A stretch of 41,558 bases of DNA from Anaerolinea sp. (GTDB lineage Bacteria; Chloroflexota; Anaerolineae; Aggregatilineales; Phototrophicaceae), in assembly GCA_014879865.1 (NCBI GenBank), contig JACSRG010000691.1, forward strand, positions 1 to 41,558, read 5' to 3'. The first letter of the stretch is position 1; the number at the start of each line of letters is the position of its first letter. The translations under genes were made by a program, and so were the position numbers. The notes beneath the pieces were generated by a model. The model searched no databases and was not told where the DNA came from. It saw only the letters and a list, made by a program, of their open reading frames with translations. Below are positions 32,678 through 41,558 of this stretch, piece by piece.

Positions 32678-35251
32678 CTAGCTGGCGGGATTCAGGATCA
32701 GCCGATCAACGCTCGCGCGTTCGACCTGTGTGCGCGAGAATGCCATCGGGTGATACTGTATGTCGATCCATGACTGGATCATATCACTGTAGTGTGGGCT
32801 GTATGGATGCCCACTTTGTCCCGTGGTGTGCATCGACTGGCTTGAGTCCCAGTTCGCCGGATCAAGGATCATGCGCATCGAAGGCAGAGCGCGCACGCGG
32901 TAGGTTTGCGAGTCTTCACCCTCGTTCGAATAGTCGATACCCCAACCGGTCGCGTTGACGATCTCGTAGCCGCCGCTGACCGCATACGGACCCCGATTGA
33001 CAATATCTTCGATGACGCTGATTCCGCTCAAGCCGAGCGGATTGCTGACCCACGTTGCCGTGTGCAGTTCACCCCAGCTCCATTCCGCCGGGTTATTCCC
33101 CTGCCGCGCCACCAAGTCGCTGACTGCTTCCTCGAATGACCGCTTCAGGATATCGTCGCGTGTTTCGACCACGTTTGTCGTGGCTGCGTCGTCCCACCAG
33201 ATATTATCCGGCTCGTTGAGCAGGCGACTCGCGGGGAATAAATCGCCAGTGTTGGCATGATACCAGTCCGGCATCTGGTCGTTGAATAGGTTGTCGAGCA
33301 GATGGACGCTGAAAACGGCAAACAGTGCCGCCTGCCCGCTGTCACTGCGCTGGAAGTAATCCCATGCGGTGAGGTAGTCGCGCGCTTCGGTTGCCGACTG
33401 GCTGTCGAATTGGATTCCGGCGAGGAACGGGACGACTTCCTCCGCATTGATATTGAACGCGTCGCCGTGAATCTGCTGGTAAGTACTGGCGGTATGCGGC
33501 TTGAGCGTTTCCAGTAGATCGACGATGCGCTGCCCGCGATAGCCGTATGACCAGTCATAGCTGAGCATGTAGAAGTTTTCGTCGCCCAGTTCTTGCGCCA
33601 ACTGCTCATAGTATTCCAGCGGCACGACCGCTTGGTTGGCGGTGGCGATCCAATCGCGATCCGGGTTGTAGATGCGCGGGAGCAGATCGAACGGGATGTA
33701 GCCCTGCCATACATCGGCGTCCGAGGTTGCCAGCGTCGGTACGAGACCATCACGGTCGCCGGGACGGATGGGCATACTGCCGGGGGTCTGGTAGCCGATA
33801 TTGCCGTCTACATCCGCGAAAATGAAGTTTTGCGCCGGGACGTTCCAATAGCGCAGCGCCTCGCGGAACTGTTCCCAGTTCTGCGCGGTGTTCAGCATTA
33901 CCACCGATTTGAACAGCGTGCCGGTGTCAAGCCCTGTCCAACGCAGCACCAGCGGGTCTTCATTGTTCCAACCGCGCGGTTCGCCGGTCTCCGGGTTGAT
34001 CCGGTTGTCGTTGATGATCGGACCTAAGTGCGTTTCGCGCACCTGTATCACGAGCGGATCGCCGCCGTCACCGTAGCGGATGGTCTCTTCCCGCACGGTC
34101 ATGTCACGCCATTCGTCGTTCCAACGATACTGAAGCTCGTTGTCCGGGTTGATTTCCAGACTGTAGACATCCTGCACGTCTGCGCCGACGTTCGTCACGC
34201 CCCAACCGATGTAGTCGTTGTGCCCGATGATCACGCCGGGTGAGGCGGGCAGCGCGAACCCAACCACGTTGAAGGGACATTCGGCAGTCACCGGGTAGCA
34301 GTGCAGCCCGACTTCATACCAGATCGACGGCATTTGGATGCCGAGATGCGGGTCGTTTGCCAGCAGCGGCGTGCCCGATGCCGTCATCGTGCCGGTTGTC
34401 ACCCAGTTGTTGCTGCCGATGCCGTCTTGCGGCGAATATGCCCAATCGCTCGCCAGCAGTCCGCCCGCGACTTCGGCGCTGGTCGGCACAGTCATCGCAT
34501 TGAGGCTGCCCTGATAGGCGCGAGTCAGGCTTTCGGCGGTCAGCGGCAGGTCTTCGGGTTGCAAGATCGTCGGCTTGGAGTCGAACGGGAAGGGTGGGTG
34601 GTAATCCTCGAACATTTCCTGACCGAGGGCGTCGATCAACCGGGCACGGTCGATGTCCTCGCTGTAGGTGCTGGTCAAATCCCACATCATGACCAAGCTC
34701 CACACGTAGCTGTCTATCGGCGTCCATGGTTCAATCGTGATGTTGACCCCGGTCAAGCCGAGCAGACGGTACTCGAAGGCAAGATCATCCGTCGAGCGAC
34801 TGCCGATATAGGCGTTGACACCTGCCGCGAAGGCTTGAAGGGCGCGCCGCTCCATATCAGTCGATACAGCGTAGTTGCGTTCGGCAGCTTGCCGCCAGCC
34901 GACTGTGCGGATAAACACATCCGTCCCGGCAAGGCTTGCGGTTTTGCCTGTCAGTTCTTGGATCGTGCCGCTGCCTGTGTGCCGCGCGAATTCCATCTGC
35001 CACCAGCGGTCTTGCGCCTGCGTGAAACCCTGCGCGAAGAACAGGTCATCGACGCTGCTGGCGTAGATATGAGGGATCCCCCAGCTATCCCGGAGCACTT
35101 CGACCTCTGCTTGCAATCCGGTGACGTTCAATGTCCCATTCGTCAACGGAATCGGTCCGCGCGTGGTGTCGTTGAAGACTAGGAAACCGCCAACAGCGAC
35201 GAGTACAAGCAAGATCAACACAACCAAAAGGATGGTGCGAACAATTTTCAT
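32678..35251 (-). CDS. Penicillin acylase family Ntn-hydrolase, membrane-anchored
   Basis: RDSWGIPHIYA, AQGFTQAQDRWWQM, GSNNW (Ser nucleophile), LLANDPHL, PSIWYE, GQSGHPYSPHY; N-terminal TM. Confidence 0.93.
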   Translation of the reverse strand: MKIVRTILLVVLILLVLVAVGGFLVFNDTTRGPIPLTNGTLNVTGLQAEVEVLRDSWGIPHIYASSVDDLFFAQGFTQAQDRWWQMEFARHTGSGTIQELTGKTASLAGTDVFIRTVGWRQAAERNYAVSTDMERRALQAFAAGVNAYIGSRSTDDLAFEYRLLGLTGVNITIEPWTPIDSYVWSLVMMWDLTSTYSEDIDRARLIDALGQEMFEDYHPPFPFDSKPTILQPEDLPLTAESLTRAYQGSLNAMTVPTSAEVAGGLLASDWAYSPQDGIGSNNWVTTGTMTASGTPLLANDPHLGIQMPSIWYEVGLHCYPVTAECPFNVVGFALPASPGVIIGHNDYIGWGVTNVGADVQDVYSLEINPDNELQYRWNDEWRDMTVREETIRYGDGGDPLVIQVRETHLGPIINDNRINPETGEPRGWNNEDPLVLRWTGLDTGTLFKSVVMLNTAQNWEQFREALRYWNVPAQNFIFADVDGNIGYQTPGSMPIRPGDRDGLVPTLATSDADVWQGYIPFDLLPRIYNPDRDWIATANQAVVPLEYYEQLAQELGDENFYMLSYDWSYGYRGQRIVDLLETLKPHTASTYQQIHGDAFNINAEEVVPFLAGIQFDSQSATEARDYLTAWDYFQRSDSGQAALFAVFSVHLLDNLFNDQMPDWYHANTGDLFPASRLLNEPDNIWWDDAATTNVVETRDDILKRSFEEAVSDLVARQGNNPAEWSWGELHTATWVSNPLGLSGISVIEDIVNRGPYAVSGGYEIVNATGWGIDYSNEGEDSQTYRVRALPSMRMILDPANWDSSQSMHTTGQSGHPYSPHYSDMIQSWIDIQYHPMAFSRTQVERASVDRLILNPAS

Positions 35252-35413
35252 GTCTCTTGGCTCCTAGAGAATTTTGAAAAGCGATTAACTTTGCAACTAG
35301 GTAAGGGTCGCTCCATTGTCTCACGTTTGAAAGCAGACTACAAACCGAAAATTTGGTCTATTATTGAGCTAGATACTGGCGATAAAATGCTGGTGTTTCT
35401 CACTGACCTGAGG

Positions 35414-35419
35414 TATAAT
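35414..35419 (+). promoter_or_regulatory. Putative -10 box for gyrA
   Basis: TATAAT in an AT-rich divergent intergenic region. Confidence 0.45.
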
Positions 35420-35494
35420 CGATAGACTGGTATATCTTTCAATGAAGGAGCAGGCGCTTTTTCCGCCTGAAAATCGCGGCGGTCTGCGCGCATT

Positions 35495-38026
35495 ATGTCT
35501 ATGGACTCGATAGGGACGATCCGCCCAATTAACATCAACGAGGAAATGCGCGGCAGCTTCATGGATTACGCGATGAGCGTTATCGTTGCCCGCGCTTTGC
35601 CGGACGCTCGCGACGGGTTGAAGCCGGTGCACCGGCGCATCTTGTACGCCATGTACGATATGGGCATCCGCTCTAGCAGTCAGTATAAGAAAAGCGCCCG
35701 TATCGTCGGGGAAGTGTTGGGTAAGTATCACCCGCACGGTGATGTCGCCGTGTACGACGCAATGGCGCGCATGGCGCAGAACTTCTCACTCCGCTATCCG
35801 CTCGTCGATGGTCAAGGCAATTTCGGCAGCGTAGACGGCGACAGCCCCGCCGCGATGCGTTACACCGAGGCGCGCCTCGCGAAGCTCGCCGAGGAACTGC
35901 TCGTCGATATCGACATGAATACGGTCGATTTCGGCGACAATTACGATGGTACGCAGCAAGAACCGCTCGTCCTGCCGGCGCGACTGCCCAACATGCTGCT
36001 CAATGGCGCAAGCGGGATTGCCGTCGGCATGGCGACCAATATCCCGCCGCACAACCTGCGCGAATTGGCGGCTGCGATCTCCTACATCATCGATCACTAT
36101 GAGGCGATTGACGACATTACCGTCGATGACCTGATGCAGTTCGTTCATGCGCCGGATTTTCCGACCGGGGCGGCGGTGGTGGTCGAAGACGAGCTCAAGG
36201 AAGCTTACGCCACCGGACGCGGACGCGTCGTGGTGCGGGCGAAAGCCTTCACCGAGCCGAGCAAGGTGGATCGCCACCGGATCGTCATCACCGAGATTCC
36301 TTACCAGATCAGCAAAGTGTCGATCATTGAGCGGATCGTGTCGCTGGTGCGCGAGGATCGCTTAACTGCGATTGCCGACCTGCGTGATGAATCGGATCGG
36401 CACGGAATGCGGTTGGTCGTCGAACTCAAGCCGGGCGCGCAGCCGAAAAAAGTCCTGAATCAACTCTACAAGTACACGCAGCTTCAGAGCACGTACAGCA
36501 TTCAAATGCTGGCGCTGGTCAACGGCGAACCGCGCACGTTGAGCCTCAAGCGCTTGCTGCATATCTACATCGAACATCGTTTCGAGGTCATCACGCGGCG
36601 GTCGCAGTTTGAACTGGAAAAGCGGCGCGCACGGGCGCACATCCTCGAAGGACTGCTCAAGGCGCTGTCGAGCCTCGACGCTATCATCCAGACGATCCGG
36701 TCGGCGGAAGATGCGGACGCGGCGCGTGTCAGCTTGATCAGCCGCTTCGGTTTGAGCGAACCGCAGGCGAATGCCATCCTCGAAATGCAGCTTCGCCGCC
36801 TCGCCGCGCTGGAACAGATGAAGCTCCAGCAGGAATTCAACGAAGTGATGTCGCGCATTGCCTACCTCGAAGACCTACTGGTATCACCCGGTAAGATTTT
36901 GGGGTTGATCCGCGAAGACATCAACGAACTGGCGGAAACTTACGGCGACGAGCGGCGCACAGATGTCGTCTATGGCGTTTCGACGCAGTTCAACGAGTCC
37001 GATCTGGTGCGCGAAGAAGAAGTCGTCGTCCTGCTCACGCGCTACGGGTATATCAAGCGCGTCCCGTCGAGCGCCTACCGCGCGCAGCGACGCGGCGGCA
37101 AGGGCGTCACCGGTATGACGACCAAAGAGGAAGACGGCGTGGAGCAGATCGTCGCCTCGCGTTCGCTGGATACGATCCTGTTCTTCACCGACAAGGGCAA
37201 AGTCTACAGCGAGAAGGCGTATAACATCCCCGAAGGCGCACGCGCGAGTAAGGGGACACATGTTTCGAGCATCCTTGCGCTGACTTCAGACGAACACATC
37301 ACCGCCGTGCTGCCCGTCGGTTCGTTCAGCGAGGGCGGGGCAGTCGTCATGGCGACGCAGCAGGGACGCATCAAGCGCGTGAATCTCGGCGACTTCGCCG
37401 ATGTGCGCCCCAGCGGATTGATCGCGATTTCGCTGGATGATGACGACCGTCTGTACTGCGCGAAATGCACCAACGGCGATCAGCATGTCATCCTCGTGAC
37501 CGAAGACGGGCAGAGCATTCGCTTCCATGAGGGTGAGGTTCGCGTAATGGGACGCGGTGCTGCTGGCGTGAACTCGATCCGTTTGGTCGGCAACGATGTG
37601 GTCGCCGGGATGGATGTCGTCAGCGACACCAGCACGCATGTCTTGATCGTGACACGCTACGGCTACGGCAAGCGCACGTTGGTCGATGAGTATCGCGTCC
37701 AGTCGCGCTATGGCTTGGGCATTCGCACCCTGTCGCGTAACGAGAAAACAGGTCCGGTCGTCGGGATGCGCTGTATCAACGAGAAAGACGACATTCTGCT
37801 GATGACCCGTTACAACGTCGTGCTGCGCACGCGGTTGGACGAAATCCGCGAGACCGGGCGCAACACACAGGGCGTCAAGCTGATGGGCTTAAGCGGCGAT
37901 GATACGCTGATCGGCATGGCGATCATGGATGGGGCGGTCGAGGCGATGGCGGAGGGACTGCCCGAAGACTTGACCGAAGGCGCAGTGAACGGCGATGGCG
38001 GCGAAGGCTACGAAGCCATCGGCTAG
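35495..38026 (+). CDS. gyrA: DNA gyrase subunit A
   Basis: [29 protein letters not shown] (catalytic Tyr), GyrA-box QRRGGKG, beta-pinwheel repeats, acidic tail. Confidence 0.97.
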   Translation: MSMDSIGTIRPININEEMRGSFMDYAMSVIVARALPDARDGLKPVHRRILYAMYDMGIRSSSQYKKSARIVGEVLGKYHPHGDVAVYDAMARMAQNFSLRYPLVDGQGNFGSVDGDSPAAMRYTEARLAKLAEELLVDIDMNTVDFGDNYDGTQQEPLVLPARLPNMLLNGASGIAVGMATNIPPHNLRELAAAISYIIDHYEAIDDITVDDLMQFVHAPDFPTGAAVVVEDELKEAYATGRGRVVVRAKAFTEPSKVDRHRIVITEIPYQISKVSIIERIVSLVREDRLTAIADLRDESDRHGMRLVVELKPGAQPKKVLNQLYKYTQLQSTYSIQMLALVNGEPRTLSLKRLLHIYIEHRFEVITRRSQFELEKRRARAHILEGLLKALSSLDAIIQTIRSAEDADAARVSLISRFGLSEPQANAILEMQLRRLAALEQMKLQQEFNEVMSRIAYLEDLLVSPGKILGLIREDINELAETYGDERRTDVVYGVSTQFNESDLVREEEVVVLLTRYGYIKRVPSSAYRAQRRGGKGVTGMTTKEEDGVEQIVASRSLDTILFFTDKGKVYSEKAYNIPEGARASKGTHVSSILALTSDEHITAVLPVGSFSEGGAVVMATQQGRIKRVNLGDFADVRPSGLIAISLDDDDRLYCAKCTNGDQHVILVTEDGQSIRFHEGEVRVMGRGAAGVNSIRLVGNDVVAGMDVVSDTSTHVLIVTRYGYGKRTLVDEYRVQSRYGLGIRTLSRNEKTGPVVGMRCINEKDDILLMTRYNVVLRTRLDEIRETGRNTQGVKLMGLSGDDTLIGMAIMDGAVEAMAEGLPEDLTEGAVNGDGGEGYEAIG

Positions 38027-38047
38027 GCGCGGAACTCACGAAAACAA

Positions 38048-38079
38048 AAACGGGCGATCCCACACAGGGTCGCCCGTTT
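38048..38079. terminator. Bidirectional intrinsic terminator between gyrA and rplY
   Basis: AAACGGGCGATCC-CACACA-GGGTCGCCCGTTT with an A-tract before and a T-rich tract after. Confidence 0.85.
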
Positions 38080-38100
38080 GCTTTTGCGTCCAGAGGAGGT

Positions 38101-38745
38101 TTATTCCTCGTCTTCTTCGATCTTGCCCTTCTGAATGACTTCCGGTTCCGCCGAAGTGGTCTCGTCGGATTCGGTTTCCTCGACCTCGGCTGCCAGCGCT
38201 TGGACGCGGACGATCACCGTATCGGGGTCGGTCAGCACGTTCACCTTGCCGCCCAGATTCAGGTCGCGAACGTGGATCGCATCGCCAGTGGCTTTCAGCG
38301 ACGAAAGATCAATCTCGATGGAGTCGAGCAGGTTGGTCGACAGCGTTTCGATTTCGATGGACGGAGTCAGCGTCGTCAGCACGCCCAAACGCATATTGAC
38401 GGCAGGGCTTTCGTTGACGAAACGGACAGGCACTTCCGTCTTGATCTTGGTGTCCGCCGAGACGGCGAGGAAATCGACGTGGGTAATGCTGCCCCGAAGA
38501 ATGTCGCGCTGCACGTCGCGGGCGATGACAACTTGCGGGTTACCATCCACGTTCAGCGTGATGAGGTGCGTGCCGCCAGCTTTCATCAGCGCAACTTCGA
38601 GCGGACGATAAGGAATCTGCACATGCACGGGCGTGAAATTCGCCCCGTAAACGACCGCCGGAACCAGACCGACATTGCGCAGTTGGCTGACTTTCTTCCC
38701 GGTAAGGGTTCGCGCCTGCGCATCTAAAGTGTAATTATCAGACAA
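38101..38745 (-). CDS. rplY: 50S ribosomal protein L25 / CTC (long form)
   Basis: LRNVGLVPAVVYG, RDVQRD, HVDF, IHVRDL, EPEVIQKGK; TTG start at 38745, 9 nt after AGGAG. Confidence 0.93.
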   Translation of the reverse strand: MSDNYTLDAQARTLTGKKVSQLRNVGLVPAVVYGANFTPVHVQIPYRPLEVALMKAGGTHLITLNVDGNPQVVIARDVQRDILRGSITHVDFLAVSADTKIKTEVPVRFVNESPAVNMRLGVLTTLTPSIEIETLSTNLLDSIEIDLSSLKATGDAIHVRDLNLGGKVNVLTDPDTVIVRVQALAAEVEETESDETTSAEPEVIQKGKIEEDEE

Positions 38746-38771
38746 GATAAGCGTCTCCTGATTGACAACGA

Positions 38772-38795
38772 AAACGCTCATCCTGATGAGCGTTT
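38772..38795 (-). terminator. Hairpin/terminator downstream of tRNA-Gly
   Basis: AAACGCTCATC-AG-GATGAGCGTTT then TCGTT on the minus strand. Confidence 0.7.
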
Positions 38796-38803
38796 GTAGG
38801 GAG

Positions 38804-38876
38804 AGCGGGTTATGAGACTCGAACTCACGACATTTTGCTTGGGAAGCAAACGCTCTACCAACTGAGCTAAACCCGC
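38804..38876 (-). tRNA. tRNA-Gly (anticodon CCC), CCA not encoded
   Basis: GCGGGTT acceptor/AACCCGC, D arm GCTC-AGTTGGTA-GAGC, anticodon arm TTTGC-TTCCCAA-GCAAA, T arm GTGAG-TTCGAGT-CTCAT, U73. Confidence 0.97.
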
Positions 38877-38888
38877 ATCTTGAACGGA

Positions 38889-38917
38889 ATTTTAAGCCTT
38901 CCCCTGAGCATTGTCAA
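38889..38917 (-). promoter_or_regulatory. Sigma70-type promoter of tRNA-Gly
   Basis: TTGACA (38917-38912)-17 bp-TAAAAT (38894-38889). Confidence 0.85.
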
Positions 38918-38946
38918 GGTCGCGTCCTATCGTAAAAGCGGGTTCA

Positions 38947-38955
38947 TGCTATAAT
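38947..38955 (+). promoter_or_regulatory. Extended -10 promoter of the flippase/GT4 operon
   Basis: TGcTATAAT ~45 nt upstream of TTG 39000. Confidence 0.65.
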
Positions 38956-38999
38956 GCCCCTTCATGTCGCGACAGGGAACGTAGGGTAAGGTTAGCGTT

Positions 39000-40004
39000 T
39001 TGACCAGATACGTGCGTATTATCGTGTTAGGTGCGGTCGTCAGCCTTGCCGCGCTCTACCTGATCATTTCGCAGCTTCGGGACAACGATATTGGCTTGAT
39101 CGGTCAGGCGCTCACCAGCGCGCGCTATGAATACGTTGCGTTCAGCGCCGCGATCATCGCCCTCGGTTTGTTCGCGCGCGGTGCACGCTGGAAAGCTCTC
39201 TTGAGCGACGGACTGCCGTTTTGGCGGGCATTCAGCATCAACAACGTGGCGTATTTGATCAACGGGCTGATCCCGTTTCGCGCGGGCGAACTGGCGAAAG
39301 CTTACCTCGCTACGCGTTCAGAACCCCCCGTGCCGCTCTTCAAGTCTGCCAGCACGATCATCGTCGAGCGCCTGCTCGACTTGATCTCGATCCTCGTGAT
39401 TACGCTGCTTGCCGTCTCGCAGGGGAATCTGCCCGACGAACTGCGCCAGACCGCGCTGATCCTCGCGCCGCTGTCTATCGTGGGGTTTCTGGTATTGGTG
39501 GCGATGTCCAGCCAAGAAGAGCGCGTTCTGCGCGTGTTCGCGCGGATCGCCAAGCGCTTCCCGCTGCGCATCGATCTGGTAGCTGTGCTGCGAAATTTCC
39601 TAGATGGGTTGAAACCGCTGACGAACTGGCGGTTGTTTGCGCAGGTCGCGTTTTACGATGTCGTGAGTTGGGTTTGTTCGGTGCTGTCGGGCTACGTGTT
39701 GATGTACGCTTTTTTCGACCAACCGCATTGGGGTGCAACACTCCTGTTTACGGCGATGGCTTCACTGGCGGTTGCCGTTCCTGCGGTCATCGGCAATCTG
39801 GGGACATACGAACTCTCGATCTTGCTGGCGCTGCGTGCTATGAATTACGGCGATCCGGTCGCGGTTGCCAGCGCGTTTGCCGTCGCCGTCCATGCGGTGA
39901 ATCTGCTGGTCAACGCAAGCATGGGTGTCATCGGCTTTATACAAGAAGGCGTTTCGCTCCAGCAGCTTTCGCAGGGCGTGCGCGAAATGCGTCCACTGGG
40001 ATAG
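39000..40004 (+). CDS. Lysylphosphatidylglycerol-synthase TM / flippase-like protein (UPF0104)
   Basis: RGARWKALL, NGLIPFRAGELAK, IIVERLLD, PAVIGNLGTYE. Confidence 0.88.
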   Translation: MTRYVRIIVLGAVVSLAALYLIISQLRDNDIGLIGQALTSARYEYVAFSAAIIALGLFARGARWKALLSDGLPFWRAFSINNVAYLINGLIPFRAGELAKAYLATRSEPPVPLFKSASTIIVERLLDLISILVITLLAVSQGNLPDELRQTALILAPLSIVGFLVLVAMSSQEERVLRVFARIAKRFPLRIDLVAVLRNFLDGLKPLTNWRLFAQVAFYDVVSWVCSVLSGYVLMYAFFDQPHWGATLLFTAMASLAVAVPAVIGNLGTYELSILLALRAMNYGDPVAVASAFAVAVHAVNLLVNASMGVIGFIQEGVSLQQLSQGVREMRPLG

Positions 40005-40007
40005 GAC

Positions 40008-41180
40008 ATGAACGGCGAAAAACTCAAGATTCTGATTAGCCTGCTGTATTATTTTCCTCACCGCACCGGGCTGACGATTCATGTGCAGCGCGTGGCTGAG
40101 GAGTTGGTGCGGCGGGGACATGAAGTCACCGTGCTGACGGCGCGCTACAGTAACGAACTTCCGCGCGATGATAAGCTGACGCATCAAGGCGTGCGGATCG
40201 TGCGTCTGTGGGCACCCATCCACATGAGCCGGGGGATGATCATGCCGGCGTATCCGTGGGCGGCGTACAAGCTCATGCGGGAACATGACGTGGTCAACAT
40301 CCACACGCCGATGCTCGAAACAGCGCTGACCGCTTTGATCGCGCTCATAGCACGGCGCAAGGTCGTGATCGTGCATCACGGCGATCTGATTCTGCCCAAA
40401 GGTTTGGTCAACCGCTTCATTCAGGGCACGATGTTCCTGATGTACCGGGTCGCCGCCACGCTGTCGCCCAAGCTGATCGGCTACAGCCAAGATTACGCGG
40501 ACAATTCCTATTATTTGCGTCCATTTTCCGATAAAGTTTCCGTGAACTTTCCGCCGATCCAGATGCCGACCCCGAATCCTGAAGCCGTGCGCCGGAATCG
40601 GGCGGAGTGGTCGAAAGACGGCGGTCCGATCATCGGGTATCTGGGGCGATTCGTCGAAGAAAAGCGCCCGGACTTGCTGATCAAGGCGCTGGAGGTCATC
40701 AACCAGACGTACCCGAACGCGCGCCTCGTCTTTATGGGGCAGACGAAAGTCCCATATGAAGATACGTGGGAAAAGCAGCAGCCGCTGGTAGAACAGTACA
40801 AAGATCAGTTGATCTTCTTGGGCGTCAAAACCGATGAGCAGGAAATCGCCGACTTTCTCGGCTCGCTCGATGTTTTCGCCCTGACCAGCGATACCGAATG
40901 CTTCGCGCTTGTGCAGGTCGAGGCGATGCTGTGCGGCGCGCCGGTGGTCATGACGGATACGCCCGGCGGGCGCGTCCCGGTCACAGAGACGGGGATGGGT
41001 AAGCTCGCCAAAGTTGGAGATTATCGCTCGATTGGTCAGGCGCTGGTGGATGTGCTGAACGAACCGGAAAAGTACCGCAAGCCGCGCCGTTTTATCGAAG
41101 ATGTGTTTTCATTCAAAGAGACGGTAGATCGCTATGAAAGCTACTTCCGTGCCTACGCCCATAAGCGCGCAGCCAAGTAA
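40008..41180 (+). CDS. Glycosyltransferase family 4 (GT-B)
   Basis: GHEVTVLT, GRFVEEKRPD, ECFALVQVEAMLCG (EX7E motif). Confidence 0.92.
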   Translation: MNGEKLKILISLLYYFPHRTGLTIHVQRVAEELVRRGHEVTVLTARYSNELPRDDKLTHQGVRIVRLWAPIHMSRGMIMPAYPWAAYKLMREHDVVNIHTPMLETALTALIALIARRKVVIVHHGDLILPKGLVNRFIQGTMFLMYRVAATLSPKLIGYSQDYADNSYYLRPFSDKVSVNFPPIQMPTPNPEAVRRNRAEWSKDGGPIIGYLGRFVEEKRPDLLIKALEVINQTYPNARLVFMGQTKVPYEDTWEKQQPLVEQYKDQLIFLGVKTDEQEIADFLGSLDVFALTSDTECFALVQVEAMLCGAPVVMTDTPGGRVPVTETGMGKLAKVGDYRSIGQALVDVLNEPEKYRKPRRFIEDVFSFKETVDRYESYFRAYAHKRAAK

Positions 41181-41232
41181 CGCGCGCCGTGAAACCGGGC
41201 GCGTCCCGATTGATCCTGCCGTGATTGCACGC

Positions 41233-41558
41233 ATGACGCGCAACGAGGCGGACATGGCGTTCAAGAAGCGCGTACAAACGATCTTCGATTGGGTCATGCC
41301 CGCCGACGGCGACGTGATTCTCGACATGCCGTGCGGACGCGGCTTCTACCTCAACATGATCCGCTATGTCAGCCAGTGCCGTCTGGTTGGTGGGGAACTG
41401 GAATTCGACGTGCTGGCGAAGGCGCAGCGCAATGTCGGTCATTTGCCCAACCTCAGCTTGACGAACGCAAATATCTACGCGCTGCCGTACCCGGATAACA
41501 CCTTCGACGCCGTGATCCTCTCGGAAATCCTCGAACACATCGACGACGACGTGGCAGG
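41233..41558 (+). CDS. Class I SAM-dependent methyltransferase, truncated by the window end (absent from the ORF track; start may be as early as 41134/41149)
   Basis: Manual translation: MTRNEADMAFKKRVQTIFDWVMPADGDVILDMPCGRGFYL...NANIYALPYPDNTFDAVILSEILEHIDDD, containing motif I (LDMPCGRG) and LPY.DNTFD..EILEH. Confidence 0.88.
   Translation, partial: MTRNEADMAFKKRVQTIFDWVMPADGDVILDMPCGRGFYLNMIRYVSQCRLVGGELEFDVLAKAQRNVGHLPNLSLTNANIYALPYPDNTFDAVILSEILEHIDDDVA

Noticed and set aside
38790-38830. tRNA 3' end as an integration site for an island
   Set aside because: No integrase and no duplicated tRNA 3' fragment seen; the flanking genes are housekeeping
1-41558. Frequent GATC/CGATCG words suggesting a HIP1-like repeat
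   Set aside because: Plausibly explained by ATC/GAT codon preference; it cannot be supported without an observed/expected count
1-41558. CRISPR array, retroelement or stop-codon recoding
   Set aside because: No regularly spaced repeats, no reverse transcriptase motifs, and no genes interrupted by in-frame stops were seen

Overview
GC-rich (roughly 60%) bacterial chromosomal window. Its gene content (several GT-C membrane glycosyltransferases with C-terminal Ig-like domains, Uma2 nuclease, tandem-XRE regulator, long L25, GTAG-type REP) suggests a Chloroflexota/Anaerolineae-like organism; this is inference. From left to right: (1) a ~10.5 kb minus-strand run with an Atu-like acyl-CoA carboxylase/dehydrogenase/hydratase/split-AtuA pathway, interrupted by a Uma2 nuclease, a 68-aa membrane protein and a stand-alone B3/4 tRNA-editing-type protein, and followed by a family-5 ABC importer; (2) a KimA-like K+ transporter convergent with an orphan cytoplasmic GAF-GAF-PAS histidine kinase; (3) a tandem-XRE regulator + TPR protein + GT-C operon and two more GT-C genes around a glyoxylate reductase; (4) an asymmetric heterodimeric ABC exporter coupled to a P-loop kinase; (5) HIT-thiolase divergent from YhhN-birA and two hypothetical membrane proteins; (6) a penicillin-acylase-family Ntn hydrolase, gyrA (Val at the Ser83-equivalent position), rplY and tRNA-Gly(CCC); (7) the start of a flippase-like/GT4/methyltransferase operon. 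I saw no CRISPR array, integrase, transposase or rRNA. The best candidates for an undescribed system are the Atu-like operon with an embedded B3/4 editing protein and importer, and the kinase/XRE-XRE/TPR/GT-C module. Both functional readings are hypotheses. All family calls come from motif recognition, not database searches.
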